64,000 nt of DNA from Hyphochytrium catenoides (taxonomy: Eukaryota; Protista; Hyphochytriomycota). The notes under the pieces were generated by a model, which did no database searches, was not told the DNA's origin, and saw nothing but the letters and a program-made list of their open reading frames with translations. Positions 52,174 to 62,639 of the stretch are shown piece by piece. The first letter of the stretch is position 1. Each line of letters starts with the position of its first letter. Position numbers and translations under genes: made by a program. The stretch is taken from positions 242 to 64,241 of the forward strand of contig FLMG01003887.1 of assembly GCA_900088475.1 (NCBI GenBank), given 5' to 3'.

Positions 52174-55066
52174 TCAACCCAGCGCCTTGACCACTGATGG
52201 TGCTTTTTGAGCTCTGGTCGGTCCTGCTTTCAGATGTCGACGGGATGCTGCTCGAATGCGTAAAATTGACCTTAAAGGACTTGGGACAAAGACAGTGATT
52301 AGCGTGCGACATTAGGACAAGCTTAGCACGCTAAGATTGGCGGCCACAGAGGGTTGACATAGGGCAGAGAGTAACAGATGGAAAAGTAGAGAGCTGCTTA
52401 ATGAGAATTGAGCCGATAGCGAAGGAAGTGAGCACTGGTGCATCCTGAGTCACCGCATTTATAGCTTACGTCTCCTCAGGCCACATTCCATTGTTAATAT
52501 TGGCCAGCCAGACGTTATTATCCTCGGTGCTGTCGCTCTGTCTCTTGATCCGTAGGTAGCCATCGGGGCCAACCTGAAGGGAATAAAGTTTGAGGCTCTG
52601 CTCTGTTTGACCCTCAGTTCTAGTTCTATATCTCCCAACTACGGTGTCTCTGTCTCCCTTGTCTTCCTTCCTCTTTCTCTCTCTAGTCTCTCTCCCAATT
52701 GACCAACGGAAGGTGCTCCACACTCTTAGTCTTCCATTGCGGTACATCAGAACTGTCGGTGGTCTCTCTTAGCAGTTCACAATATCTCTTTCTATTCTGC
52801 AGTCTTCTCCACGCTTACCTTAACCTCATCATCTCCGCTGACATTTCCGGAAATTCTAAGGACTTGAAGGTTTGGAAGGCGCTTGATGGCCTGCAGATCA
52901 GCGGAACCGGGCGCTGAGCAATCGTCCAGTGACGTACCAGAGCCCCTCATGAGAGAATAGGAAGGGACTATCACAACGAAAGGCAAGGAAAGAGAAAGAA
53001 CAAACGTTAGTAAAGAGGGAGAGAGAGACTGTCCCCACCTTCTGGTCTGCACGGAGCTTGTTGTTCTCAAGGCCCAGCTGGTGAAGACCTTGCAGCTCTG
53101 CCAGTTCTAAGGGAAGCTCGGGCCCGATCTGCGTCCATTATAGACAAATAGAATCTTCAATCTCTCAGCGCTCGGTAGCTCCACCACGTGTCACTCTTCT
53201 TTCCTCCTCTCTTCTTTCTCCTCGGTCTCTCTCTCTCATCCCTCCTTTCCTCATATTCACTCGTCTCTTCTTTAAGGTTCATTCACCTCGTTGTTATCCA
53301 GATCCAGCTCGATCAGTGCCCTAAGCCTCCTAATCTCACGCGGTAAGCCTGTGAGCTTGTTCCCACTCAGACCCAAGCGTTGCAACGACCTACAGGTTAA
53401 AGGAAGAAAGAAGAGTTGCATAAAGAATGAACGAAAAGAAGGAGTAGAGTGATCCCTATGTAAGTAGGAGAGAAACTAAGCAGCCTGAAGAGAGAGAAAG
53501 GAACAAAGAGAGACAGAACGAGACAGACAAACAGAGCGAGAGAGATAGAGAGAAAGACTTGGGTAGGAGTAACAGGAAAAATCAGAAGAAAATAAATCAA
53601 CGGCGAAGTAGGAGAGACTCTGAAGTGTGAGGGCAAGACGGAGGCCGCTCAGGGAGGATTCCATAGAGAAGAGAGAAAGGGAGAACATGCAGCGACGGAC
53701 AGAAGGCAGCAGGTAGAGCCCAAAATTGGCGATTCGTACCTTAGTCGGGTGAGTTCGACAGGAAAGGAAGAGAGATGGTTGCGATCCAGCCTGAGGTCCA
53801 GCAGACCTTTCAGCTCTCCGAGCCTTTCACTGATGGCCGCGATCTGATTCCCCTCGAGGTAGAGTCTACAGGTGGAGAAACAGTGAGAGATGATGGGACA
53901 TAGAATCAAGACGCGCGAGAGACAAAGAGAGAAAGGAGAGAAAAGAGGAGTGAAGAGGGTCATCATGCATACTTTCTTAAGCTCTGGAGCTCTGCGACAC
54001 TGTCAGGAATCTCTGTGAGAAGATTCCCTGCCATGCCAAGGACTTCCAGGTTCGCCACCTGGGAGAGCGAGGAAGGGAGAGAACGAACATGCTGGTTCGT
54101 CATCCAGAGCTCCCTCAGGGAAGAAAGGATGGCCTTAGGGATAACCTGGCAGTTCGATGGAAGAGAAGCAAGAAAGAAGATACGGGGAGAGAGCAAAAGT
54201 TAGAGAAACATCAAGAAGCCACGAGCTAAGAGAGCGACAGACTAGAGCACGCTGGCAAGAGAGATAGATGAGAGCGAGGGCAGCGGGAGGAGGAAGAGCT
54301 AGGCCGCCAACAAAGAGATTCATGAGAGTTGTCTTTTTGTTGAGGAGCAGAGACACTGAACAGAAGTCTCTCCGTAGTCTAAGAGAAGAAAGATAAGGTA
54401 GACACTGAGAGATCGAGGGAGACCCAACCCTGACCTTGAGTCATAGACGCAGAATAGAAACATGGAGTGAGAGACAGTGAGAAGAGTTGAGAGAGAGAAA
54501 ACATAAGGTGTCTACTTGGGAGACTGGAGGAGAGAGAGAGAGAAAGAGAAGAGAGAGGGAGAGAGATAGGCATAGAGACGAAGACCTGCAGCGGGATGTC
54601 ATAGAACTTGTACCGTCCCTCTCCTCTGACATGTGGGACGGAGAGATCCAATGACCGTGAGCTGTGTGCCTTTCTTAGCCTTCGAATGACTGCCTCCGCC
54701 GCTGCAGGCCCTGGCTCTCCTCCTGCTTCAACTAGTATCTCCTCTAACTCTAGTCTCTTCGCTGCAAGCTCTTAAGGGCGAGACAGAGCGGAGAACACTC
54801 AGCTGTATTACTAGGAACATAGGAGCTGAGGGATACGATCTACCTTTGTCTACAGCTGAAGCCTTGCTCTTCTTCTCTCCTTTCTTTTTGCTGTTGGGAG
54901 AGAGAGAGAGAGACGAAGCCCCTTGGAGAGACGGAGAGAGGAGCGACCCGGCATCACCAGCTCTGGGAGACGCTAGCGAGTGACCCTTGACCGACCTCTT
55001 CGGACTTCGAGGAGGTGAAGAGAGACCGGCCAGCTTTATCTTGCCATGAGGGCTCTGCGTGCTCAT
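52174..55066 (-). CDS. Leucine-rich repeat protein (about 7-8 typical LRRs), multi-exon
   Basis: LRELWMTNQHVRSLP, LEVLGMAGNLLTEIP, RLYLEGNQIAAIS, LLDLRLDRNHLSSFP, LQRLGLSGNKLTGLP, LIELDLDNNEIG, LHQLGLENNKL, LQVLRISGN. S/P/K-rich N-terminus from ATG 55066; the last exon is inferred by phase. Confidence 0.85.
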
Positions 55067-55697
55067 CTCTGTTCCTCTCCTCCTTCTTTTCTCTTCTACT
55101 CTCTCTCTCCTTCTCTATCTTCGCTCACTGCCAACCAAGGGGTTCAAGCTGATACTATGTCAGTTGCTAGGAGGGCGAGCAAGACACGCAAGTGGATAGA
55201 GAGAGAGAGAGAGAAGCGGGAAAGGAATGTAGGTTGGCTAGGACACTGCCGGAGATGATGGAAGCCCCAGGAAAAGTAAAGGAAGAAAATCTCCGAAGCT
55301 AACTTTCAAGGAGGAAAGTGGAGATACGGGACCCTCTCTCTCAAAGCAATGAGGGCGAGAGAGAAGAGTGGACGGGAGAAAAAAGAGAAGAAGAGAGAGT
55401 GAGGGGAGAAAGCAACAGAGAGAGAGAAAAGGGAAAGAGGGAANNNNNNNNNNNNNNNNNNNNNNNNNNNNNNNNNNNNNNNNNNNNNNNNNNNNNNNNN
55501 NNNNNNNNNNNNNNNNNNNNNNNNNNNNNNNNNNNNNNNAGCACGAGGAGGTAAATGGAGGAGGAAGAAGATGATGGAGCAACACTGTGTCGCTTCACCT
55601 CTTCAATACGACCGCTAACGCCTCGACTACGCCCTTGAACATAAAATAACGACTACAACGGGAGGACAGCTTTCCCAGTAATCCCTAAGATTATAAC

Positions 55698-56706
55698 AGT
55701 AGGTGAGAAAGAGATGAGCTCTTCTTCCTTCAGGTGAAAAGAGAGAAGGCACGGAGGCGCAGTTTCTACCGGTGAGGAAGGTTTCTTCTAATAAAATATG
55801 CGCGTCATCTGGAGCAGCAGCAGCAGCAGCATTCTCTTCCCTTCTTCTTTCTTCATCATTCTCTTCTCTTCTTCTTCTCGTCTCCTTCTCCATATCATCA
55901 TCGGGTGAAAGAAGAAGGCCGCTGTGGCGGGCCAAGGTGCGGCCGTGGTCACCAACAACAATACTTCGTTCCTCTACTGTTCTGTCTGTTCTGTCCTCCT
56001 TTTGCTGCTGCTCCTTTTGCTGCTCCTGCTGCTCCTTTTGCTGCTCCTCCGCCTAAGCTAAGAAGGAGCTGCGTCATGTTCTCTTGCCAACAAGGACACC
56101 GGTGATCCGTAACCCTCATAGTAATATAGACCACAAAGAATGAATGCTATTCATCATGTGCCACTGTGATGGTAGTATGACAATAGCGTTATATGTATGT
56201 TGTTTGTGCACTTCCTCAACTTCTCACCAACAACCACTTGATCCGCTCTTCCTTCCTTTTTTTCCCTTTCTGCTCTGTTTCTCTTTGCATGATCTTAGGA
56301 TCGCCTGTTGACTCAACAATCTCTCTTGCAGGTTAATACTCTATGGTTGCATTTCTCAGCAGGTTGTTGTTATTTGCGCGTGTTCCCACCACGAAGTCTT
56401 GCTCTGCGTGGTGCTTGTGTGAATCGGGGCCTGGCCAGCCAAGGTACAGGCCGAGCACCACCTTCTCACTCTCTAATGAGAGATCCGCCTCAGTCTCTTA
56501 TTATGTTAGTACAAATAGCGCTAATTCTTCTTCTTATAATATTTAGACAGTAAAATCAATGCGACTACCACTCAATGAATGACAGCACAGCAGCAGTGCT
56601 GAAAGCTGGCTTGTCCAGTCGCATTAGTCCATATCTAGAAAGATAGGATATTCACTGATAGTTGATAGCGCCACGATTGTCTTCTTCCATCAGAGGGATA
56701 GGTAGG
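55698..56706 (-). repeat. ~1-kb diverged direct repeat, copy 1 (Copia-derived: pol 3' remnant plus probable LTR and leader on the minus strand)
   Basis: Collinear with 62640-63717; shared strings include gccaacaaggacaccggtgatccgtaaccctcatagta, gaatcggggcctggccagccaaggtacag and gtgctgaaagctggcttgtccagtcgcattagtccatatc. The minus strand at ~56665-56695 reads ...EDNRGAI. Confidence 0.9.
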
Positions 56707-56724
56707 AAGATATCTCCGCTCGAG

Positions 56725-56850
56725 ACTAGATCGTCGGCCAGAAGTAGGGCAATAAAGGAGAGATATTTCTCCATTTGCCTGTCAGGTCAGAACAACAATG
56801 TGATGACGGATAGCGATGTGCTTTGTTCTTTGATGAAAGACAGAATTGAA
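56725..56850 (-). mobile_element. Decayed Ty1/Copia RNase H C-terminal fragment
   Basis: Reads NSVFHQRTKHIAIRHH...*QANGEISLLYCPT..ADDL, matching the Copia HxRTKHIDIRYH...G.I.L.YCPT..M.AD motif, with an in-frame stop. Confidence 0.85.
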
Positions 56851-56936
56851 GAGATCACGGCTAAGCACTCCCATGCATTGAGTGTGCAATGTCCGACAGT
56901 CACAGTGCAAATGAGTCCTCAACCGCGCTCTATCGA

Positions 56937-57123
56937 TCTTGGAAAGCAAGAAGCAACCAACTGTAGCTCTGTCAGGCTCCACGGAAGCTGAGTACATGTC
57001 TGCTGCGACAGCGGTACGGGAAGCTACTTGGCTTCCTTAATTTGTTGGATGATTTAGGCTTTCTTCTTTGAGCAGCAGCGCTCTCCTCCTACCACGCTGA
57101 TGGAAGACAATCGTGGCGCTATT
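56937..57123 (+). mobile_element. Decayed Ty1/Copia RNase H fragment, opposite orientation to its neighbour
   Basis: With frameshifts it reads SW.SKKQPTVALS.STEAEYMSAATAVREATWL.NLLDDLGF...PPTTLMEDNRGAI. Confidence 0.88.
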
Positions 57124-57179
57124 AGAAGAGGTGCACGTTAATCGCTACGCTGAATGAAAAGCGGCACCACCTGTAGGGA

Positions 57180-57249
57180 GTGGACTGCTGTCCTTTGTGG
57201 ACTGCTGTCCTTTGTGGACTGCTGTCCTTTGTGGACTGCTGTCCTTTGT
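57180..57249. repeat. Perfect 17-bp minisatellite x4 (gtggactgctgtccttt)
   Basis: Four identical head-to-tail units with no spacers. Confidence 0.97.
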
Positions 57250-58302
57250 AAAGTTACCTATTCTTTCTCTCAAGAGGTCTGCTTAGGGTTCAATCGTCCA
57301 ACAAAGCGAAGAACAAAGAGAGAGAGAGAGTGAAGAGAGCAGCGGTCAAACCGAAGAGAGCACAGCCCTGGTCCAAAGAAGTGAGGAAGGCTGTTTTACT
57401 TTAGAGTCATGCGCTCTTCTTCTCTCCCCCTCCCCCCTATCTCTTGGTCGGGTGATGGTGATCTCGCTGCTTCGTAGATGATGGTGATCCCAGGTAGGAG
57501 GGGAGAGATATCGAGAAAAAGTGAGAGAGAGGGAGAGAAAGAAGGTTCCGGACACCATCGACTATCAGTGCTAGTAATTCTAGGTGCCGAACGAAGAAAG
57601 AAAAGAGGGATTGGCAGGTCCATTGCTTGAGAGGGTAGACGAGCTTGTTGGGATGGAGGATAGCAGCAAGGACGAAGGGCTTGTTCGGAGAATAGAAAAC
57701 GGTAGCAGTGTCAGAAATACGGAGATTTCCTGCCTGTCAGGCCAAGAAGCTTCCGGTCAAGAAGGAGAGCAACCTCAACAACTGGGGGATCGCGCGCCCT
57801 GAGCCTTAGTTTGGACCTAAGGGAAGAACTCCTACCATGGGCATGGAACCAGTTCTAAGCATCGCACTTCTCAGAGTCACTGACCGCCCAATAATCTTGA
57901 CTATCACATTGAAGAGGAAGCGCGGAGCACTTGCATTGGTATACCATTCTTGTTATCCCAGCGTCAACTGAGAACAGAAGGTGCGGCAGTTTCCTCTTAC
58001 AAGAGACGCTCCTAGTGTCATAATCTACACAGCATACCAATTTTGACACTCTTTGAAGAAAACTTCCGGGCGATAAGACGGGAGAAGAGAATATCATGAT
58101 GTCTCTTGCGTAGCAGAGGCCTGGAAGGGTGGACCGATCGTTGGCTTAGACCTTGCACAGGGGACGATGGTAAACGAATCATCATGACATGAAGGCACCG
58201 CAGGGTGGTGCGCAACGCCTGCGTTATCTTCTACGAGTGATAAAGTTCACGTTCTTTGTTGCCGTCACTTACCAAAGAAACCTCCACGCGCGTCATCGAT
58301 CT

Positions 58303-59571
58303 TTATCGATCTATCCACCCGCCAGTGTCGTGCAACTGAAGCTTTTCAGTGAGCTCACCATAAACGCCATCGGGTAAATTCCTTCGTAGAAAGTCCAATA
58401 CCGTCCTGCGGTCGAAGTTTGGAGGACCCTTGGGAACATAGTCCGCCTCCTTATATTCGTCCTTTAAGGACCTATCAGCTTTCTCCGCCAACGTCATTGC
58501 TAACATCCACCAATCTATCGCTGGACTCCCTGACGTCGCCGAATCTCCACTACGCATGTCAGTTGGCAGATAAGGAAGCGTAGAGTGTGTACGGTTTCCA
58601 AAAGGAACGATGCTGCCGATGTCGATCAAAATGAACCTCCGCTGATGAAGGCAAATGTTGGAGGGCTTCACGTCCATAAATGCGACACCAAGATCATGCA
58701 TAAACTGCAACGCCGAGCTCACCTGCGTCCAAAACTCGATGACATGTGGTTCTTCAAAGTAAGGGATGTGCTCTAGAGTACTTCCGTACCTAGGCATGAT
58801 CATATACAGCTTCGGCGGGCTGTGAGAATAGAGCTCAAAGTCGCAGATGTTCTGATGCTTTCTGTTGTCGAGTACTTTCAGAAAATGCTCCGCTCGCTCG
58901 TTCTCGACAGAGTTCAGAGGCTTGATAACCATCTCGACGAGGTCGCGATAGCATATTGTCAAGGCACTGTAAGGGTAGAGTGGGCCATTGATCATCAAAC
59001 CCTTCACCCGCAAGTCCATGACAGTGGTTGTCGCCGGGAGTACACCAGCCATGTCATAGATATCTGCAGCAAGCCTGACGTTCTGCGTTTGAAGAGCGTA
59101 AGACAGCTGCGATGAGTACCGAAGCTCCATTCGACGCACTATCCCGGGGTCCAGCTCCTTGCGTCGATGTTCCTTGCTGGAACGAATCAACTGCTCGAAA
59201 CTGATCACCTGTGAACCTCGTCCTGCACTTCCTGATATACGTGACGTCTCTTCCTCTTTTCGCGAAAGTCTCTCCCACAGGACATACTCCTTCTTTCGTA
59301 GTGCAGCGAGCCCCTCCCGCAGCGCACACTTCTCGTTCATTAGCGCTGCCAATTCCAGCCTCAACGCATCGCGGTCACCATGTTCTAGCTTCTCTGGATC
59401 TGTCCACTGCGAATCGGGGGTTGAGAGGAGGCGCTTTACTTGAGCAACCTGTTGGTTCACTTGATCAATGTCCTTCTGAAGCTCCTCAATCTCGTGTTTC
59501 ACGTCTGCAAGAGTGTCCTCCTGGCTGCTTCTGCTGCTTCTTGGACTGGTACTAGTTTCAGAGACCTCCAT
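58303..59571 (-). CDS. Intronless atypical protein kinase with N-terminal coiled coil, Crinkler (CRN/CR) effector-kinase-like
   Basis: First ATG at 59571 (422 aa). Heptad region IEELQKDIDQVNQQV...LRLELAALMNEKCALREGLAALRKKE; kinase motifs MVIKP, MIMPRY, ALQFMH..GVAFMDVKPSNI, LIDIGS, STLPYLP, IDWWMLAMTL; no GxGxxG loop. The kinase fold is well supported; the Crinkler relationship is from recalled similarity. Confidence 0.8.
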   Translation of the reverse strand: MEVSETSTSPRSSRSSQEDTLADVKHEIEELQKDIDQVNQQVAQVKRLLSTPDSQWTDPEKLEHGDRDALRLELAALMNEKCALREGLAALRKKEYVLWERLSRKEEETSRISGSAGRGSQVISFEQLIRSSKEHRRKELDPGIVRRMELRYSSQLSYALQTQNVRLAADIYDMAGVLPATTTVMDLRVKGLMINGPLYPYSALTICYRDLVEMVIKPLNSVENERAEHFLKVLDNRKHQNICDFELYSHSPPKLYMIMPRYGSTLEHIPYFEEPHVIEFWTQVSSALQFMHDLGVAFMDVKPSNICLHQRRFILIDIGSIVPFGNRTHSTLPYLPTDMRSGDSATSGSPAIDWWMLAMTLAEKADRSLKDEYKEADYVPKGPPNFDRRTVLDFLRRNLPDGVYGELTEKLQLHDTGGWIDR

Positions 59572-59894
59572 ACTCGCTGCTCTGTGCCCAGCGCAGAGCT
59601 TGTCCACCGCGTTATCCGAAGAGTGATGTAGAGATAAAGGAGATGCCGTAGTGTACGACGAAGTTCCAAAAACCGCTTCAGCACTGTCAGAGAGAGAGGC
59701 GACCGAGCTCAAACAATGCGGTTTTTGATGTGCCTGATCGTCGTCATCAGATCGTCCGTGCTGAGTGGAGGCTACGACGGGACTCTGTCACGATGCAGCT
59801 CCCGCCGAGCTGGCTCCCAGCTGTACAGTAGCTTTCCAGTTTCCAGGGCTCAAATGACTGTTCGAGTGAGGGGTTGTGCCAGCTTTCTCTCTCT

Positions 59895-59933
<39 letters not shown>

Positions 59934-60226
59934 TTGTCTGTCTCTCTCCCTCTCTCTCTCTCTCTCTCTTTGTCTGTCTCTCTCCCTCTCTGTCTCTCTA
60001 TGCTGTCTTTCTCTCTCTCTCTCTGTTTCTCCCTCTGTCCTCTCTCTCTGTTCTCTCTCTCTGTGTGTGTCTCTCTCTGTCTCTCTCTCTCTCTCATCAC
60101 GTACAACTCCCCTCGTTGCCTCACTTGTCCCTTCGTTGCTTCTTTGGCCTTTATACAGTAGTATCCTAGAGTATCATTATGCGAGAGAGGTGCAGTTCTT
60201 ATTCTTGTCAGACTGAGTGCGGTTTT

Positions 60227-60387
60227 GACCCTACCTTTACAGGGGCTCCCTCTGAATATAGCTCTCCTACAAAACCTAACAAGTCTCAGTGGTGAACCTC
60301 TTCTGTCCCCTGCGTCGCGATGAGCTGGGGTTACCCCCACTCCAAGGGGACATCTCTGAGACTGCGCGGAAGCGCGAAGCGACAGAG
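60227..60387 (+). ncRNA. Candidate structured RNA (U3/box C/D-like or ribozyme-like); identity unresolved
   Basis: Complementary pairs: 60282-89/60356-63 (agtctcag/ctgagact), 60304-11/60345-52 (tgtcccct/aggggaca), 60326-30/60335-39, 60314-18/60379-83, and a gcgc-GGAA-gcgc hairpin at 60364-75. Confidence 0.25.
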
Positions 60388-60484
60388 TTATTTTGATGTG
60401 GGTCCATCATCAGCTCTTCTTCCCTAGCCTCTCTCCTCTCTCTCTCTCACTGTTCTCCCTCTCTGTCTCCCTACGTACAGTACT

Positions 60485-61150
60485 CTGGGCGTTGCAAGTT
60501 GTGCCACGGGGACTTTGACGTGTTTGGGCACCATGCGATGGTCTGCCGCTTAGCCCGTCGATGTATGACGGTAGTACCTCATGATGATGGAGGGCTTGCG
60601 GGACCTCCTCCTCCTAGGCCTAGCTCGTCGTTCGGCAGGACTTTTGGCCAGAGCTGAACCTCCCGACAGGGTATTACCCAATGATGGTCATCGCCCAGGA
60701 GACCTGGCCATTATTGAGAGATTTGAGCCTCAAAGAGTCTGCACGCTCTTCGACGTTACTGTCTCCGACTACTCGCCGCGGCAACTCAACACCTCCTACC
60801 TCATGCAGCGGCTCGGACAGGATACGTCACGGAGGCAAATTGCCCTTTACTTACGCAGAGGAATGTGAGGATCAAGGCTATGGTTTCCGGCCCTTCTTGG
60901 CGTGATGGGAGTCCTTTGTTGGCGGGGCAACGGAAACCGTTCATTCGACCCTGAAAGAATTGCTTAGGAGGAGGGCTACTATCATCTTTTTTGACAGGTG
61001 TGAGAGTGTAGGTCTTCCTCCTTCTTCTCTCTCATGTCTCACTGCCACTGCTGCCTACTACAGACGATTCTCTTCTGTCCTCTTGTTGTTGTTGCAACGT
61101 TGCAATGCTGAGATGGTCTTACATCGAATGCCCCTGCCTATTACATATTG
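60485..61150 (+). mobile_element. 5'-truncated, decayed RLE-type non-LTR retrotransposon (CRE-clade-like), copy A
   Basis: RCKLCHGDFDVFGHHAMVCR (CCHC knuckle), GLRDLL, EPPDRVLPNDGHRPGDL, FDVTV, Y.EECEDQGYGF.P, WESF.GG; multiple frameshifts. Confidence 0.85.
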
Positions 61151-61344
61151 AGAATGCGATCCTGCTGGGTCAGCTTCCTGGAGCTGTTGCTGGAAGGAGG
61201 TGGTCTTCTTCTCTAGTAGTGAGTGGTGGTAGTAGACGACGACAGTAGTCTTCTTTGCATAAAGTCTAGTATGTAGTTACTCCTCCTATTAGTTTCTCCA
61301 ACTCGTTATATCTTTTTTATAATAAAAGTATTACTCCCTACTGT

Positions 61345-62540
61345 AGTTTGGATGCAGACCTCTCTACCTACTCGTCATGGTGGGTTGGGAGTATCCCACT
61401 CAACGTATATTCACAAAGCGGCATTATTCATTGGCTCTTCTTTGCAGACCTCATCTTTGACGGCCGCTCTACTTAAGCGACCTAGACAGGACTTGTCCCA
61501 CCAGACGATGTTCTCGACGAACTCCTTGCCCGACGACACAATCATCAGACACAAAGTGATCTTGCTGCTGCCGCTCTGGTACAACATGTCCCGAACCTTC
61601 AGAAAAAATTACTCTCGAAAGACGTGTGGCGGGCTCTTCAACATCGGTTGCTGACACAGGCATCGCTCAGAAACAGAGCTCGTCTTTTAGCTGTAAGCAT
61701 GAGTCACGCCGGAGCCTTTGTCCATGCTCGCCCCATCCCTGCCTTACATCAGCGGGTGCAGGACTCAGGCATATTTAGGATAATGCTTCGAAGATATCTT
61801 GGAATCCCTCTCTTGGATCAGGCTGACATTTGCAGACTTCGTCAAGCTCCTTTTGATCTTTATGGTGACCATGCTATTATTATTATGGTTGTTTGTAGGA
61901 CGACGGGAAGAGTGCGACATGATGGCTTGCGCAATTTGCTGATAGCCATAGCAAGATCTGCAGCCATGGTAGCTCGCCCTGAGCCGGCTGATCGGGTATT
62001 GGCTAATGGGAAACGCCGCCCTGGTGACTTGACCATTGACGGCTACGAGCCGGGCAAGATATCGACATGTTTCGACGTGACCATCCGCGAGCCGCTGCAA
62101 CACACATACATTCAGCATGCAGCGCTCGAGGCTGCTGGCTACGTTGCTAGATCGATTAAGTCATGATGCCAAGCTCGCTCGCTACGCGGAGGAATGTGCG
62201 GCAGCAGGATATGGTTTCGTTCCGCTGGTATGGGAGACATTTGGTGGTGGAGCTACCACGGAAGTCCACGAAACGCTCCGCCACTGCTGGATTAGAGCAG
62301 TTCACGACAGGTGCGGAGGAAGGGGTGGGTGGGGTTGTTTTCTTCTTCTTCTCTCTTCAGTTCCATCTATGAGAGGATATCAACACATATTCAGCGCTGT
62401 AATGCACAGATGGTGCGCAGTCGCCTTCTTTTGCCACGGGCAATTTGCGAGGATGTTGTACAGCAACAGCAACAGCTGCAGCAGATCCGACGACGACGGA
62501 GGAGAGGTGGAGCCGCAGTAGTCCAAGAGTTTTTAGTATA
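61345..62540 (+). mobile_element. 5'-truncated, decayed RLE-type non-LTR retrotransposon (CRE-clade-like), copy B
   Basis: QTSLPTRHGGLG (post-RT motif), RARLLAVS..HAGAF, FRIMLRRYLGIPL, D.YGDHA..C...RHDGLRN, RRPGDL, FDVTI, AKLARYAEEC...GYGFVPLVWETFGG; frameshifted. Confidence 0.9.
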
Positions 62541-62639
62541 GACCTTAAGAGCTGGTAGGTTTATTACTAGTAGGGAGCATAGAGATCTGTAGGTAGTAGT
62601 ACTCTTTAATGCTTTCTAAAAGTCAATAATAGTAGCAGT

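Noticed and set aside
57180-57249. Possible CRISPR array
   Set aside because: Units are contiguous with no spacers, only 17 bp long, and the context is eukaryotic with no cas genes.
60135-60166. U2 snRNA-like 5' sequence (gcttctttggccttt...gtagtatc), which would suggest a U2-targeting retroelement site
   Set aside because: It lacks the GGCTAAGATCA stem I segment and the downstream U2 sequence; the match is too short to distinguish from chance.
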